Source of the DNA: Octopus sinensis
Lineage: Eukaryota
Length of the DNA: 64,000 bases
Direction: 5' to 3'
NCBI RefSeq assembly: GCF_006345805.1
Contig: NW_021833078.1
Coordinates: 15,104-79,103 of the forward strand
Position numbers and translations under genes: made by a program. The notes under the pieces are model-generated. The model saw nothing but the letters and a program-made list of their open reading frames with translations, did no database searches and was not told the DNA's origin. This document shows, in pieces, positions 24,951 through 39,199 of this stretch. Position 1 is the first letter of the stretch. Each line of letters begins with the position of its first letter.

Positions 24951-25144
24951 GAGCCTTTATTTATTTATTCATCTATAACACACAAATTATTGCACATAAC
25001 CCGGAGTTGCTACCTTTGGATAGGTTGCTTCAACCGTATTTCTAACGTGAATTTGCAGCCCTAGTAAGAGTTAGTTGAATTTTCCATGTTCACGGTAAAC
25101 ATGGGATAATTCATTCACCTATCGAAATATATATATACATGTAC

Positions 25145-25221
<77 letters not shown>

Positions 25222-25254
25222 TATATATATATATATATGTTTTTTTTTCTAGTT

Positions 25255-26154
25255 TCAGCTTGAAGCTGCGGCCATGCTGATGCACCGCCGTTTTGTGCTA
25301 CACTGTTATTGCAACGAACCTCGTCTAATATGTCGCATTTGGTGAAGAATGGAGTTTGATTCAGCTACTCTCATTTGCACTTCTTGCCGTGAGGTAGGTT
25401 CGTCTGGGACACTTGACAGGAAGATGTCCAGCTTTGATTTAAAAACCGCTACATCTACTTTGTGCAAGTTCCTCAGACTCTTTGGGAGGATATTAAAAAG
25501 CTGTGGGCCCTTGAAACCCAGGCTGTTGCAGAAGCTGGTCCTGAAGCGTGATGGCATTGCTGGGATCTTTGGCACTATGCAGTGTCGTCCCGTTCTAGCA
25601 TTGGTGTAGCTTACAATGCCAAAATTTAGCACAATTCCTTCCAAGATCTTCCAGACATATATTACTGCATACCTCTCCCGTCTTCTCTCCAGGGAGTAGA
25701 GTCTTAGCTTTTTCAACCTTTCCCAGTAGCTGAGCTGTTGCAAAGAGACGACCTTCTTTGTGAATCTTCTCTGGATTGCTTCAAGGTCTGCTGTTAATTT
25801 TACACTGGTGGGTGACCATAGCTGTGAGCAGTAATCCAGGCGACTGAGGACGAATATCCACCAGAGGACCATCATGGGTTCCTTATTTCTGGTTCTGAAT
25901 GTTCTTAGGATCCACCCAGCCAGTCGTCTGCACTTTGTTGCCATCGTGGTAATGTGCACTTGGAAAGAGGTATCATCACTCATGTCGATACCCAGGTCCC
26001 TCACAGACTTAGGCTCTGGGATTGAAATTCCCTGTGGACCGGTGTATCTTGTAAGTTTAATATTCAGTTTGGGATGCTGGTAGCGCAGGGCCTGGAATTT
26101 TTCAGCATTAAACTGCATATTATTATCCTCAGCCCATCTGTAGATTGAGTCCAA
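25255..26154 (-). mobile_element. 5'-truncated CR1-type LINE 3' fragment (family 2)
   Basis: ORF 25306-26154: MQFNAEKFQ, SRLDYCSQLWSP, LYSLERRRERY. Homologous to 29850-30748. Confidence 0.88.
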
Positions 26155-26341
26155 CTCCTGCTGCAGGTGTGCAACAGCGCTGGGGTTCTGTATTGGCTAA
26201 ACTGGCAAAATGGCCAATCCGAAATATAACAATATCTGTTTCAACACACGACTTCACATAAAAAATCTTGCACAACAAATATATAAACGTATATATATAT
26301 GTATATACATATATATTATATATATATATTAATATATATAC

Positions 26342-26374
<33 letters not shown>

Positions 26375-26469
26375 CATATATACATATATACATATATACA
26401 TATATATATACACATATATATACATATATATATGTACACATATATATATTTATATATATACATATATAC

Positions 26470-26507
<38 letters not shown>

Positions 26508-26528
26508 GTATATATATATATACATATA

Positions 26529-27774
26529 CAGGGTGTCCCCAAAAAATGTATGCACACTTTAAACAATTGTAAAGTTGTTGTTTATTAAAAGACACTTCAT
26601 TTTCAAAATTTAATAGAATCTACAGACATTATTTTATTGTTTTGTCAATGCCTGTTTTCAAACTGATGTCCGGTCTGGTCCAGGCACTGCTGACAACGCA
26701 AAGGAATGGAATCACAAATATCACAAAAGAATTTGTTTGTCATTTGTGTGCACTCTCGTCCAATGGCTGCTCTCAAATCAGCGATTTGTAGGTTTCATAG
26801 CGTAGAATTTGTCTTTAAGGTATCCCCATAAAAAAAAGTCTAGTGGTGTGAGGTCTGGTGAGTTCAACCATACCTCTTCATCCAATCCACCTGTTAGCAA
26901 GATCTCATCAAGGAAGGATCTAACATAGCAATGGTAGTGTGGGGGTGCCCCATCTTTCTGAAAATAAAACTCCTCATCTTCAAAGTCTTTTCTAATGCTG
27001 GCATAACACACTGTTGCAACAAGTTCAAGTAAACGGGACCAGTCACAGTAGCATAACAAAAGAATGGTCCAATTAATCCTCTTGATGATAAACCACACCA
27101 CACAAATATCAAATTAACATGGTGTTTCACCATAACATCCAGATTCTCAGGACCCCAGTAGGTGCAATTGTGGCAGTTAATTGAACCATTTAATTTGAAT
27201 GTGGCTTCATCACTCCACACAATCTTTGTTGGAAAGTGTGCAGCTTCTACACATCGTTCCAAGTACCACTCGCAATGCTGCACTCTTTCGTCTGTATCAT
27301 CATCATTAATAGCATGGACTAATCTTGGAATGTAACTTTTCCATTGACAATGCTTGAAAATGCATTGGACAGATGATTTTGGAATACCTACCTCATGACT
27401 CGCTTTGCCGCACAGATTTTCTTGGACTTTGGTGATTCATTTGCAGTACTCCTTGCTTTATTGGGGGTGTTGATGTTCGGGGTTTTCTGGAATGCTTATC
27501 GTGGACATTCTGAACAGTTCCATCAGCTTCAAACTTATCTCTAATTCAAGTGATAGGGAGTTGCATTGGTGGATCTGTTTGAAACTCCCTCCCCAACTGT
27601 TTTTGCACTTCAACTGCATTTTCACACTTCCAGTATCATTTTAGAATGAATTTTCTTTGTTCAAAGCTTAATCTGACTGCCATCATTAAATCCTATAGGT
27701 TTCATCTGGAAAGAAAAAATATCAATTGAGTTATCAGCTGCTAAAGTGTGTATACATTTTTTTGGGACACCCTG
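26529..27774 (-). mobile_element. Tc1/mariner DNA transposon (1246 bp) with decayed transposase
   Basis: TIRs CAGGGTGTCCCCAAAAAATGTATGCACAC / GTGTGTATACATTTTTTTGGGACACCCTG with TA TSD. Motifs WSDEATF, DGAPPHY, SPDLTPLDFFLWGYLK (DD37D/DD41D-like group; spacing not reliable because of a frameshift). Confidence 0.92.
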
Positions 27775-27795
27775 TATGTATATATAATATATAAT

Positions 27796-27830
<35 letters not shown>

Positions 27831-27839
27831 GCAATCAAG

Positions 27840-30748
27840 CCTTATGCATAGCACTCACAGAAACGCATCTGAAACCGGACATAGCAGATGCGGAATTACA
27901 CATACCACAGTATGTTGTACTACGGACCGACAGGAAAGAAAGGAGTCATGGAGGAGTTGCTATGTACATCCGTGGGGACCTCACACCCCAGGTCCTTTTG
28001 TCATACTCAAACTCGGTGTGTGACACACTAATTGTACACATAAGGCAACTTGATGTAGTTGTGTGTGCTACATATCGCCCTCCAGATGCCCCAAGTCATA
28101 TGGGCAAATTTGAGGACTGCCTTTTAAAAATAGAAGAAGTTCTAACCACATTAGAACAACACATAAGTGTACTTCTCATGGGAGACTTCAATCTACCGAA
28201 TGTCAGATGGCCCGAGGGCCTTTCTCTCCCAGGAATGACAAGATGTGAACGAGGACAGGCGAGGTCCCTCCTGAACCTCACCAACACCCTGTACATGGAG
28301 CAAGTAATACTCCAACCAACCAGAGCAGGTAACACACTGGATCTCTGCTTCACAAATAAGATGGATCTCATCCATAATGTGAAAGTGACACCGACACTAC
28401 TCTCGGATCACAACATGGTAGAGCTGACCATGTACGGGCCAAAAGAGAGCACGGACATGCAGCCTACAAGAAACCCTCAGAATCTTTCCAGCTTGAACTT
28501 CAATAAGGCAAACTGGAAACAAATTGAGAAAGAGATCCTCAAACAAAACTGGCCTGAATGTCTCTCCTCGCCGGACATCGACATGATACTCCAACAATTC
28601 ATGTCTGTAATGCAAGCCATATGCTACAAATGTGTCCCAGAGAGAAAGGCCACTGTACACAAGAACAAAATCCCCAGAGAGAGGAAAATTTTAATGAGAC
28701 GGCGTACAAAAATTTCAAATCGCCTAAACAAACAAATTGAAAGCAGTGAAAAGTCCCGCCTGAAAATAAAACTGTTGGAAATTGAAAATTGTCTGCAACT
28801 CTCCCATGAGAAGGAAAGAGCAGACAAAGAAGCCTGGCTATAGACAACATAAAAACTAACCCCAGAGCTTTCTACAGGTATGCCAAAGAAACAGCTACGG
28901 TGCACTGTAGGATAGGGCCACTCCTTTAAAAGGATGGCACACTCACAGGAAAACCAATGAGGGTAAGTGAAATACTGAATGAACAATTCAAGAGTGTTTT
29001 CACTCCACCCCTTGGGCATTTCCAAATCACCAATCCAACTGACTTCTTTACCACTGCAGATATAGAATCAGAGGCGGAGACGATAAATTACATCGATATA
29101 AAGGAAGACGATGTAATAAAGGCTATAGATGAAATGAAAACAGACTCAGCTATTGGCCCCGATGGATTCCCGGCAATCCACCTAAAAGTATGTAAGAGAG
29201 TCTTAGCAAGACCACTGCAGTTCCTCTTTCAGAGCTTCCTTGCAGCTGGCAAACTTCCAAGAAAACTGAAGGAAGGTAAAATATGCCCTATTCATAAAGG
29301 AGGTAGCAGAGCGGAGGCCAAGAACTACAGACCTATCTCTCTGACCTCACACATCAGCAAGGTCATGGAACGAATAGTCAGAAGGAAACTAATCACCTTC
29401 CTTGAAGAAAATAACTTGCTGCCTGACACCAACATGTTTTCAGACCAGGAAGAAGCTGCTTAACTCAGCTCCTGCAGCACTATGACTGGGTGCTGAAACA
29501 ACTGCTCAACCACTCAAATGTGGAAGTCATATATCTCGACTTCGCGAAGGCCTTCGATAAAGTCGATCATGGAATGATATATCACAAACTGCGTGATCTT
29601 GGCATAGTTGGAAAACTAGGAGAATGGCTTCACGACTTTCTGAAGAATAGAAGTCAGGTGGTAGTAGCCAATGGGGCCACTTCCATTAGCACGCAAATAG
29701 TGAGCGGTGTTCCACAGGGCACTGTTTTGGGACCACTACTGTTCATAATGGCCCTCTCAGACATGCCCTCAGCCACGCGGAGAGCCACGATCACAAGTTA
29801 TGCAGATGATACAAAAGTTTCACAGGCAATACAGAACCCTGAAGACACTAGGCACCTGCAATATGAGCTGGACGAAATATACAAGTGGGCTGAAAAGAAT
29901 AGCATGCAGTTCAATGCTGAAAAGTTTCAAGCTTTATACTATCAGCATGCAAAACTGAATGCAATACCCAAGGAATACACTGGACCCGGAGGGATTGCAA
30001 TCCCAGAGGCACAATCAGTGCGGGACCTGGGTATTCACATGAGTGATGACGCGACCTTTCATGTACATGTTGCTAAACTGACAATGAAATGCAGACGGCT
30101 GGCTGGATGGATTCTTAGAACCTTTAGAACAAGAGAACAAGAAACCATGATGGTCCTCTGGAAGACACTTGTCCTAAGCCACTTTGACTATTGCTCTCAG
30201 CTATGGTCACCATCCAGTGTCAAGTTGATCACAGAACTTGAGGCGATCCAACGAAGCTACACGAAGAAGATAGCCTTTATGCAGAATGTAAGCTACTGGG
30301 AAAGACTCAAGAGATTAAAATTATATTCCCTGGAGCGTAGGCTGGAAAGATATGCCATAATATACATCTGGAAGATCCTGGAGGGAAGTGTCCTGAACTT
30401 TGGCATCGAGAGTTACGCAAATGCCAGAACTGGGCGCCACTGCGTGGTGCCTAGGACTCCAAACTTGCCATCAAGATGTAGGACAAAATTCTGTGATAGC
30501 CTGGGCTTCCGAGGCCCACAGCTCTTCAATATCCTCCCGAAGAACCTGAGAGACCTGCATGGGGTGGATACAGATGTCTTTAAAATGGAGCTGGATCTCT
30601 TCCTGTCAGGTGGGGCAGATGAGGGCAGCTGCATCGAACTCTCTCATGCACCAAATAGCAGTTGCTAGAAATCCTCCATGAAGTGAAACCAAGTAGCAAC
30701 ACCAAATGGCGGTGCCCCAGCATGGCCACAGCTCATAAGCTGAAACTA
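27840..30748 (+). mobile_element. CR1-type LINE ORF2 (APE + RT), nearly complete, with stops and frameshifts (family 2)
   Basis: APE: YRPP, MGDFNLP, LDLCF, SDHN. RT: GPDG, YRPISLTS, YLDFAKAFDKVDH, VPQGTVLGP, YADD. 3' tail ends CTGAAACTAG. Confidence 0.93.
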
Positions 30749-30798
30749 GAATCAATCAATCAATCAATATATATACATATATACATATATATAATATA

Positions 30799-30884
<86 letters not shown>

Positions 30885-30922
30885 TATATATATACACATA
30901 TATATTATATATACATATATAT

Positions 30923-31024
<102 letters not shown>

Positions 31025-31844
31025 AGAGATAGATATATATGTATTTATATGGCATGTAAATTTATTCATTGTATAGAATATTGACAGAGTAAAATAAAAT
31101 TTATTTTGAAATGAACGATGAACAAAATTTTTTCGTGACTAATATAATAGATATAATGATTTCCAATTTAGGGAAAATCTAGAGCGTGTTTCATTTTCTT
31201 TGAGTGGAGAGTCACTTATAGAAGTGTTAAACTTGCCGTAACATGCCGCAGAATAAGCGATCGAAATGCTCATTGAACTTCATTTGATGACCTGTAGGAA
31301 TGACATTTGTGTGCTATTTACCTGTTCAAATAACGGTCTTAAGCATGCGAGAAACAAAATAAACAAAATAAAGGCATTCAATAAAATTATAAAATATAAA
31401 ATATAAAAATCGTGGAAAAACCTTAAGTCGAAGAGCGGATTCAAAATACATATTGTTATTAATGATATATGAAATATAATTCGAGTAATACAATTAATAC
31501 ATTAAAAATTTAAATATTTCACAATGGTATATACGCATACTAAATCATCAATACACATATATACATCAAAATACAGAGAGAGATGTACACAGACCACATA
31601 CGTATGCACCTTATTACAATAGCTCATTCATGAATAGTGGAATCTCTGAGAAGATCCAGTATAACCAAATTAATGTTAGCAGTAATGCTTCAAGTAGAAC
31701 TAGGATTAGGAAAGTTTTGTGGTTCAACCCAGCTTTCAATTTATACATACATACATATATATATATACATATATATATATACACACATACATATATATAT
31801 ATATAATATATACATGTATATATGCACACATATATATATACATT

Positions 31845-32486
<642 letters not shown>

Positions 32487-32779
32487 TATTATATATACAT
32501 ATATACATATATATATACATATATATATATATACATGTATATACATATTTATACATATATATATAAATATCTATATATATATACATATATACATGCATAT
32601 ATAAATGCATATACATACATATATATACAGGTATATATGTATGTATATATACATATACATATACCTGTAAATGTATACATATACATATATACACACACAC
32701 ACATATATATATATATACATCTATATATATATATATATATATATATAACTAAATGTTATTTATTTAGTTATATATATAT

Positions 32780-32995
32780 ATATTTGTATGTCTGTTTATC
32801 GCCCCAGCATCGCTTGAAAAAAGATGTTGGTGTGTTTCCATTCCCGTAAGTCACCGGTTCAGCAAAAGATACTGATAGAATAGGTGCTAGGCTTACAAAG
32901 AATAAGACCTGGTTTCGATTTGTACGACAAATGTGGTACTCCAGTATGGATGCAGTGAAATGACGGAATTTGACACAAGAATAAAAGAATAAAAA
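32780..32995 (+). mobile_element. 3' half of dominant SINE, diverged
   Basis: GATAGAATAGGTGCTAGGCTTACAAAGAATAAG...CTCCAGTATGG is the reverse complement of the SINE body. Confidence 0.6.
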
Positions 32996-32996
32996 A

Positions 32997-33042
<46 letters not shown>

Positions 33043-33329
33043 GTCTTTTTCATTATTAAATATGTTTCGTCATTTTCATTGATAATTTTACTCTAACTTT
33101 TTAGACCACATCTTCACGAGTTTAATTTAATTTTAAGTTTAAAATTCAGTTAAATGCTATTTATCGACGAGATAAATAACGTTTTTTATTTAACAATATT
33201 ATTTAACTTTTGAATTGTATTGTGTTTGATTATTATTATTATTATTGTTGTTAAAATAATAATTTATATATAAGTTCTTGATAATTATTAATTATGAAAT
33301 GTATATCTATTTATTTACTATTTTTCTTT

Positions 33330-33706
33330 TACTCTTTTACTTGTTTCAGTCATTTGACTGTGGCCATGCTGGAGCACCGCCTTTGGTCAAGCAAATCGTC
33401 CCCAGGACTTATTCTTTGTAAGTCCAGTACTTATTCTATCGGTCTCTTTTGCCGAACCGCTAAGTTACGGGGACGTGAACACACCAGCATCGGTTGTCAA
33501 GCAATGCTTCGGGGACAAACACAGACACACAAACACATACACACACATACATATATATATATATACATATATACGACAGGCTTCTTTCAGTTTGGTCGAC
33601 CCGAGGCTAGAGCAGAAGTCACTTGCCCAAGATGCCACGCAGTGGGACTGAACCCGAAACCATGTGGTTGGTTAGCAAGCTACTTACCACACAGCCACTC
33701 CTGCGC
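33330..33706 (-). mobile_element. tRNA-headed SINE (dominant family)
   Basis: Full-length match to 18115-18493. Confidence 0.82.
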
Positions 33707-34173
33707 CATTTATTATGTTTATTATTATTTTTATAATGTGATTTAATGTATTATATATAATTTAATTTGAGAAATAGTTTTGTAAGACAATATATTATTA
33801 AATAGTTAGGTGGTCTATTTATTACGTAGTATTACATTTAAGTAAATATGTTAAATATCAATTGATATTTTGGTCAACTATATAAAAGAATAAAATATTA
33901 AATCTATAAACATTACATATACATTAATAATATAGATAGTTTATATATAGGTGTGTATATATTTGAACCATTTTCTATTTTTAATTCTAATATTTTTAGC
34001 TTGTACTAGCATTCTGTATATTACTTAACATGAAGTTTTTTTGTATACATTACGTAATGAGAATAAAATTTTATTTAGATATTTATTAAATTAATTAATT
34101 AATTAATTAATAATTTTATTTATAATATATCGACAAAATTGTAGTATTTACTTTTCACTTAATGCATATTTTG

Positions 34174-34220
<47 letters not shown>

Positions 34221-34390
34221 ATATATATTATATATATATATATTTGTTTTCAATAACTTAATTAATTGTATTTTATTTTCTAGTAATGATATATTATAGT
34301 TTATTAGATAAACTATAAATTTATTAATAATTTAACTTATTGTATATCGATCAAATTATAGTGTTTAGTTTTCATTTAATGTGCATGATG

Positions 34391-34432
<42 letters not shown>

Positions 34433-34445
34433 ATGTATATATATG

Positions 34446-34477
<32 letters not shown>

Positions 34478-34493
34478 TGTATATATATGTATA

Positions 34494-34596
<103 letters not shown>

Positions 34597-35151
34597 TATA
34601 TATGTATATATATATATGTATGTATGTATGTATATATATTTGTTTTAAATAATTTAATTGATTGTAATTTATTTTCTAGTAAAGATATATTATAGATTAT
34701 TCTTTTCTTGAATATGTTAAAATTTTATTTTTATAGATATAATAAATATCTATACCAATTTATTCTATTTTTTACTTACACAAGAATATATTTCTTAAGA
34801 TATTTCGTATTTTACAAGATTATATACGTATATTTATTAATTTATCTAATTAATTAATTTATCTTTAACGTGAAGAGTGACTATATTTATATTGAATTAA
34901 TTTTACTGTTATCATTTCTTAAATAAATCCACGGAACACGTGTAGTTTTTCTACCAAATATATACTTTTTAATTATAACTATTATTTTTATTTTGCACTT
35001 TACGTAATCATTTGTATATGCTTTATATTTTATTTAATCTTTCTATCAGATGTAATCTTTTTCTAAATGGTATAATTTAATTTTTTCATTATTAAATTGA
35101 TAAAAGGTGTTTTTTCTAATTTATATATACATATATATATATATTATATAT

Positions 35152-35200
<49 letters not shown>

Positions 35201-35282
35201 TATATATACATATTGTGAAATTTGATTTAGTATTTCTAAATTGAATTTTTCCCTGTAAGTTTGAAATAATATTCCCTCATAA

Positions 35283-35359
<77 letters not shown>

Positions 35360-35711
35360 CATAATTAGTATATATGTACACACACATACATGCACACATT
35401 TATTAATATAATATATAGGAGGTATTGGTATCCAGAAACGAAGATGGCTGCTAAGGCTACGTAAGTGCTACGGGAGGACTGTAGTGCTTGTGAGAACTCT
35501 CGGTTCGATAATGATACGAGTAAGGTGTCCAATACAGGTCTTGTGTAAGCATGCATATGTTAAATAAAATGAGACAAGTAAACCAAGTTTGTGTGGAATT
35601 TATAGTGCTTCTATATATTACATGTATAGTGCATGTCTTAATTATCCACAATCTTATGTAAGGAATCAATATCGTGTTAGAAATCGTTATTAAACAACGT
35701 TATCATATATT

Positions 35712-35808
35712 TATATGAAGACGAAAAACGTTTATAATTATATAATTATATAATTTTAATGTAAAATTATATAATTATATAATTATAAACATTTTTCGTC
35801 TTCATATA
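35712..35808. repeat. Near-perfect 97-nt palindrome
   Basis: 47-bp arms, one mismatch, 3-nt loop (ATG). Confidence 0.9.
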
Positions 35809-36046
35809 TATATGTTGCTGTTACTTTGACGTACGACACTCACCTTTTGGTACTGGTGATGTAGACGTTGTTGTTGGTGGAGTTACTCCTGTTGTTGGCC
35901 AATGAAAAAGGGATCACAATTGCGGTGCCCTAGCATAGCCGCAGCCTCAATGCTAAAGCATATAAAAGAATATATAAGTTCAGCAAAATTTAGAGTCAGA
36001 TGAATATGGTACTTAAGTTAAAGACACCAGAATTATAAGGATAATA

Positions 36047-36112
<66 letters not shown>

Positions 36113-36159
36113 AAACAAGTCAAAAATAGAAAATGCTAAAATAATTTTATAGTGAACAT

Positions 36160-36203
36160 TTCAGTACCGGTTTCGGTCATTTTGAGACCTTTTCAACCGT
36201 AAC
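36160..36203 (-). ncRNA. Degenerate hammerhead-like motif
   Basis: CGG-TTGAAAA-GGTC-tcaaaat-GACC-GAAAC-CG-GTA-CTG. Stem II and ACCGGT palindrome are intact, but the core differs from CUGANGA at two positions. Confidence 0.3.
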
Positions 36204-36480
36204 GATTAAATAATTAATTTAGAAAAATTAGAAGAAAAGTTTTTTTAAAAGAATATTTCTATAGTAGTGTTCAGATTAAGTGGCATTCTGCCTTTCTCTG
36301 ACTCCCATGTTTGCACTTGTGTGTCGGAGGTCGTTGTGAGTTCTTGGAAGGGTAGTAGAGGAAGAAGGCTGGTGGGGAAAGGGGGATGGGAGAATCTGGG
36401 AGTGCCCTGATGGTCGTATTTTGAATATATATATATATATATAGAGGGAAACCACTATGTGGACACCTTTATGCACAAGG

Positions 36481-37155
36481 TGTCCACATAGTGGTTCCCT
36501 CTAAAATGTATATAATACAATTTTACTGAACCTTCATTTTTTTTATATGCTTGACCACAGGTGTGAAATCGATGTTAATTAAATTAATATCTAATTTCTC
36601 ACTCTCATTTTAAATTTAGATTTAAATTAATGCGTCCTTTAACCGGCAAGGGCCACTGCAGTAAAGTATTATCTGCAGCATCAATTTTTCTGATAATTTA
36701 GGGCGCCAAAACGAGGATATTTGAAGTAGTAAATGCGAGCGTAATGAGTAGAACTGTTTACAGATCTGACTTTGTTCGGACGTCCTAGTATGCAGTCCTG
36801 CAAATTATATTCATCTGGACGGTCGCACCGATGATCTATGGACATTTATGTAAGTAATATTACGTAATATGTAAATAGTGACACATGTGTGCGAATAATC
36901 CATATTTTTGTTGCTTTTTCTTTTGTCCAGCTTGATTACGTTTTGGTTGTTTTGCTAAATTTTTCTTGAGAACATTTCTTAGTAATAAGACGTGTGCGGA
37001 TCTATTTCTACCATAAGTGTGTCCACATACCGGTTTCCCTCTAATATGTTTATAATACAATTTTGCTGAACCTTCAGTTTTTTCTTATATGCTAAACCAC
37101 TAGTGTGAAATCGATGTTAATTAAATTAATATCTAATTTCTCACCCTCATTTTAA
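36481..37155. repeat. About 135-bp direct repeat pair preceded by a hairpin (Penelope pLTR-like)
   Basis: 36481-36615 matches 37020-37155. 36442-36503 is a hairpin with about 27-bp arms. Confidence 0.65.
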
Positions 37156-37178
37156 ATATATATATATATATATATATA

Positions 37179-37305
<127 letters not shown>

Positions 37306-37479
37306 TAAAGGAAAATAAGACAACGTAAAAATACTAAAATAATTTCGTCATGAAGAAAAATTTAGTAGCAACTTCAGTCTTTGCGACTTTTTCAACTTAG
37401 AGTAAAGCATGAAAATCATTTAAATTGTGAAAGAATTAAATGAAATATTTTTTTTTAATATTTCCATAGTTTTCAAATG

Positions 37480-38500
37480 GAAGTAGGGTACTAGAAAAAT
37501 ACGGCAAACTATTCTCCCTCTACATAGAAAATAACTGGAACAGGTATCTGGATTACTGCTTCATTCATTGGCATGAAAGTACAGAGGGACTTAAAGAATT
37601 TCAAACACTTATATATGAACCTGACATAAACATGTAATTAAGATGGAATATAGCCATCAACAATTTCCATTCCTCGACATCCTCATTAAGAAATCCAACA
37701 ACAAAATAGAAACAGGTATATATTATATGCCCACGGACTCCAAGCAATATCTACCGCAATAACTCAGACATCCGAAACTAAAGAAGGATTTACAACCAAA
37801 GGCCCTACCATAAATCACCACACACAACCCCCTTAACAATGATGCTTTCGACACCATCCTCCAGTACATTCTCCTACTAAAAATGAACACAATGAATTTA
37901 TTCCTCCAAACGCCCACCGTCATAAAGAGTAAAAGACAACCTAATCAATAAAAAGTCTCCTAAAGCAAACCCAAGTACACTTGACAACAACACTGAAGAC
38001 AAGTGTAAATAAAATGCGGTTGACATAACTGGGGTATGTGCGTCAACCTAATTGAGGGATAGGCGTTCTCTCTCAAACAGGGTCAACGTTTTACATTGAA
38101 AAACAACTTCACATGTGCTTCGAAAAACCTAATATAAGTATTAAATTGCTCAGGATGCCGAGAGCAATACATAGGCCAAATCGAAAACAATCTACATCAA
38201 TCGATGACTCTACATAGATCCCAGATTAAAATTCGGGAATACAGAAAAATTGCATACATCGAACACATCGACATTAGCGCTACTAGCAAACAACGCAAAT
38301 TCAGAATTTTCCCCCTCTATCAATTCATGGACGATGCAACCTATAATCACCACCGCATTAGCATTAGCATTATCACAAAATATAAACCCCTTTTGAATGC
38401 GTCCACCACAAATGAGACTACTATAAGGGCTTTAGAATAATACCCACACAAATATTAAAAACAATATATTCATGAATTTACCCATGAATTATTCAGAACA
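37480..38500 (+). mobile_element. Penelope-like GIY-YIG endonuclease relic
   Basis: KNNFTCASKNLI..LNCSGCREQYIGQIENNLHQSMTLHRSQIK at about 38100-38240. Confidence 0.72.
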
Positions 38501-39010
38501 ATTCCAGTTACTACTTTTATAACCACAACAGGTCACTTTTAGGTCACTAAGAAAATTCCACCAACAACCTACTACTGCCATACTTTCGTATTTTTCTTAT
38601 TTTTCTCTTCTTTTCCTACACCTTCTTCTTATTATTATTATTCCATCATCATCATCATCATCTTCTTCTTCTTCTTCTTCTTCTTCTTCTTCTTCTTCTT
38701 CTTCTTCTACTACTTCTTTTACTTCTTCTTCTTCTACTTCTTCTCTTCGCCATCTTCTTTTTTTATCTTCTGCTTCTCCTCCGCCTCCTTCCTCGGCTAT
38801 TGCTGCTTAAACAATCAAACCCAAGAACTCACATCCCTCATATAAAATATTCCTTTAGGACTGCTACTACCTACTACCTACCACCAAGCCTTCACAAGAT
38901 TACTAAAATGTACCAACATTTTCTTCATGATAAAATTATTTTAGCATTTTCTACCTTGATTTATTTTCTTTATAAATACCGACTAGTGTGCCTTTTCAAC
39001 CTTCTACACG

Positions 39011-39086
<76 letters not shown>

Positions 39087-39107
39087 TTAAATATATATAC
39101 ATATATA

Positions 39108-39166
<59 letters not shown>

Positions 39167-39199
39167 AGGGACGATGCAACCTATAATCACCGCATTAGC

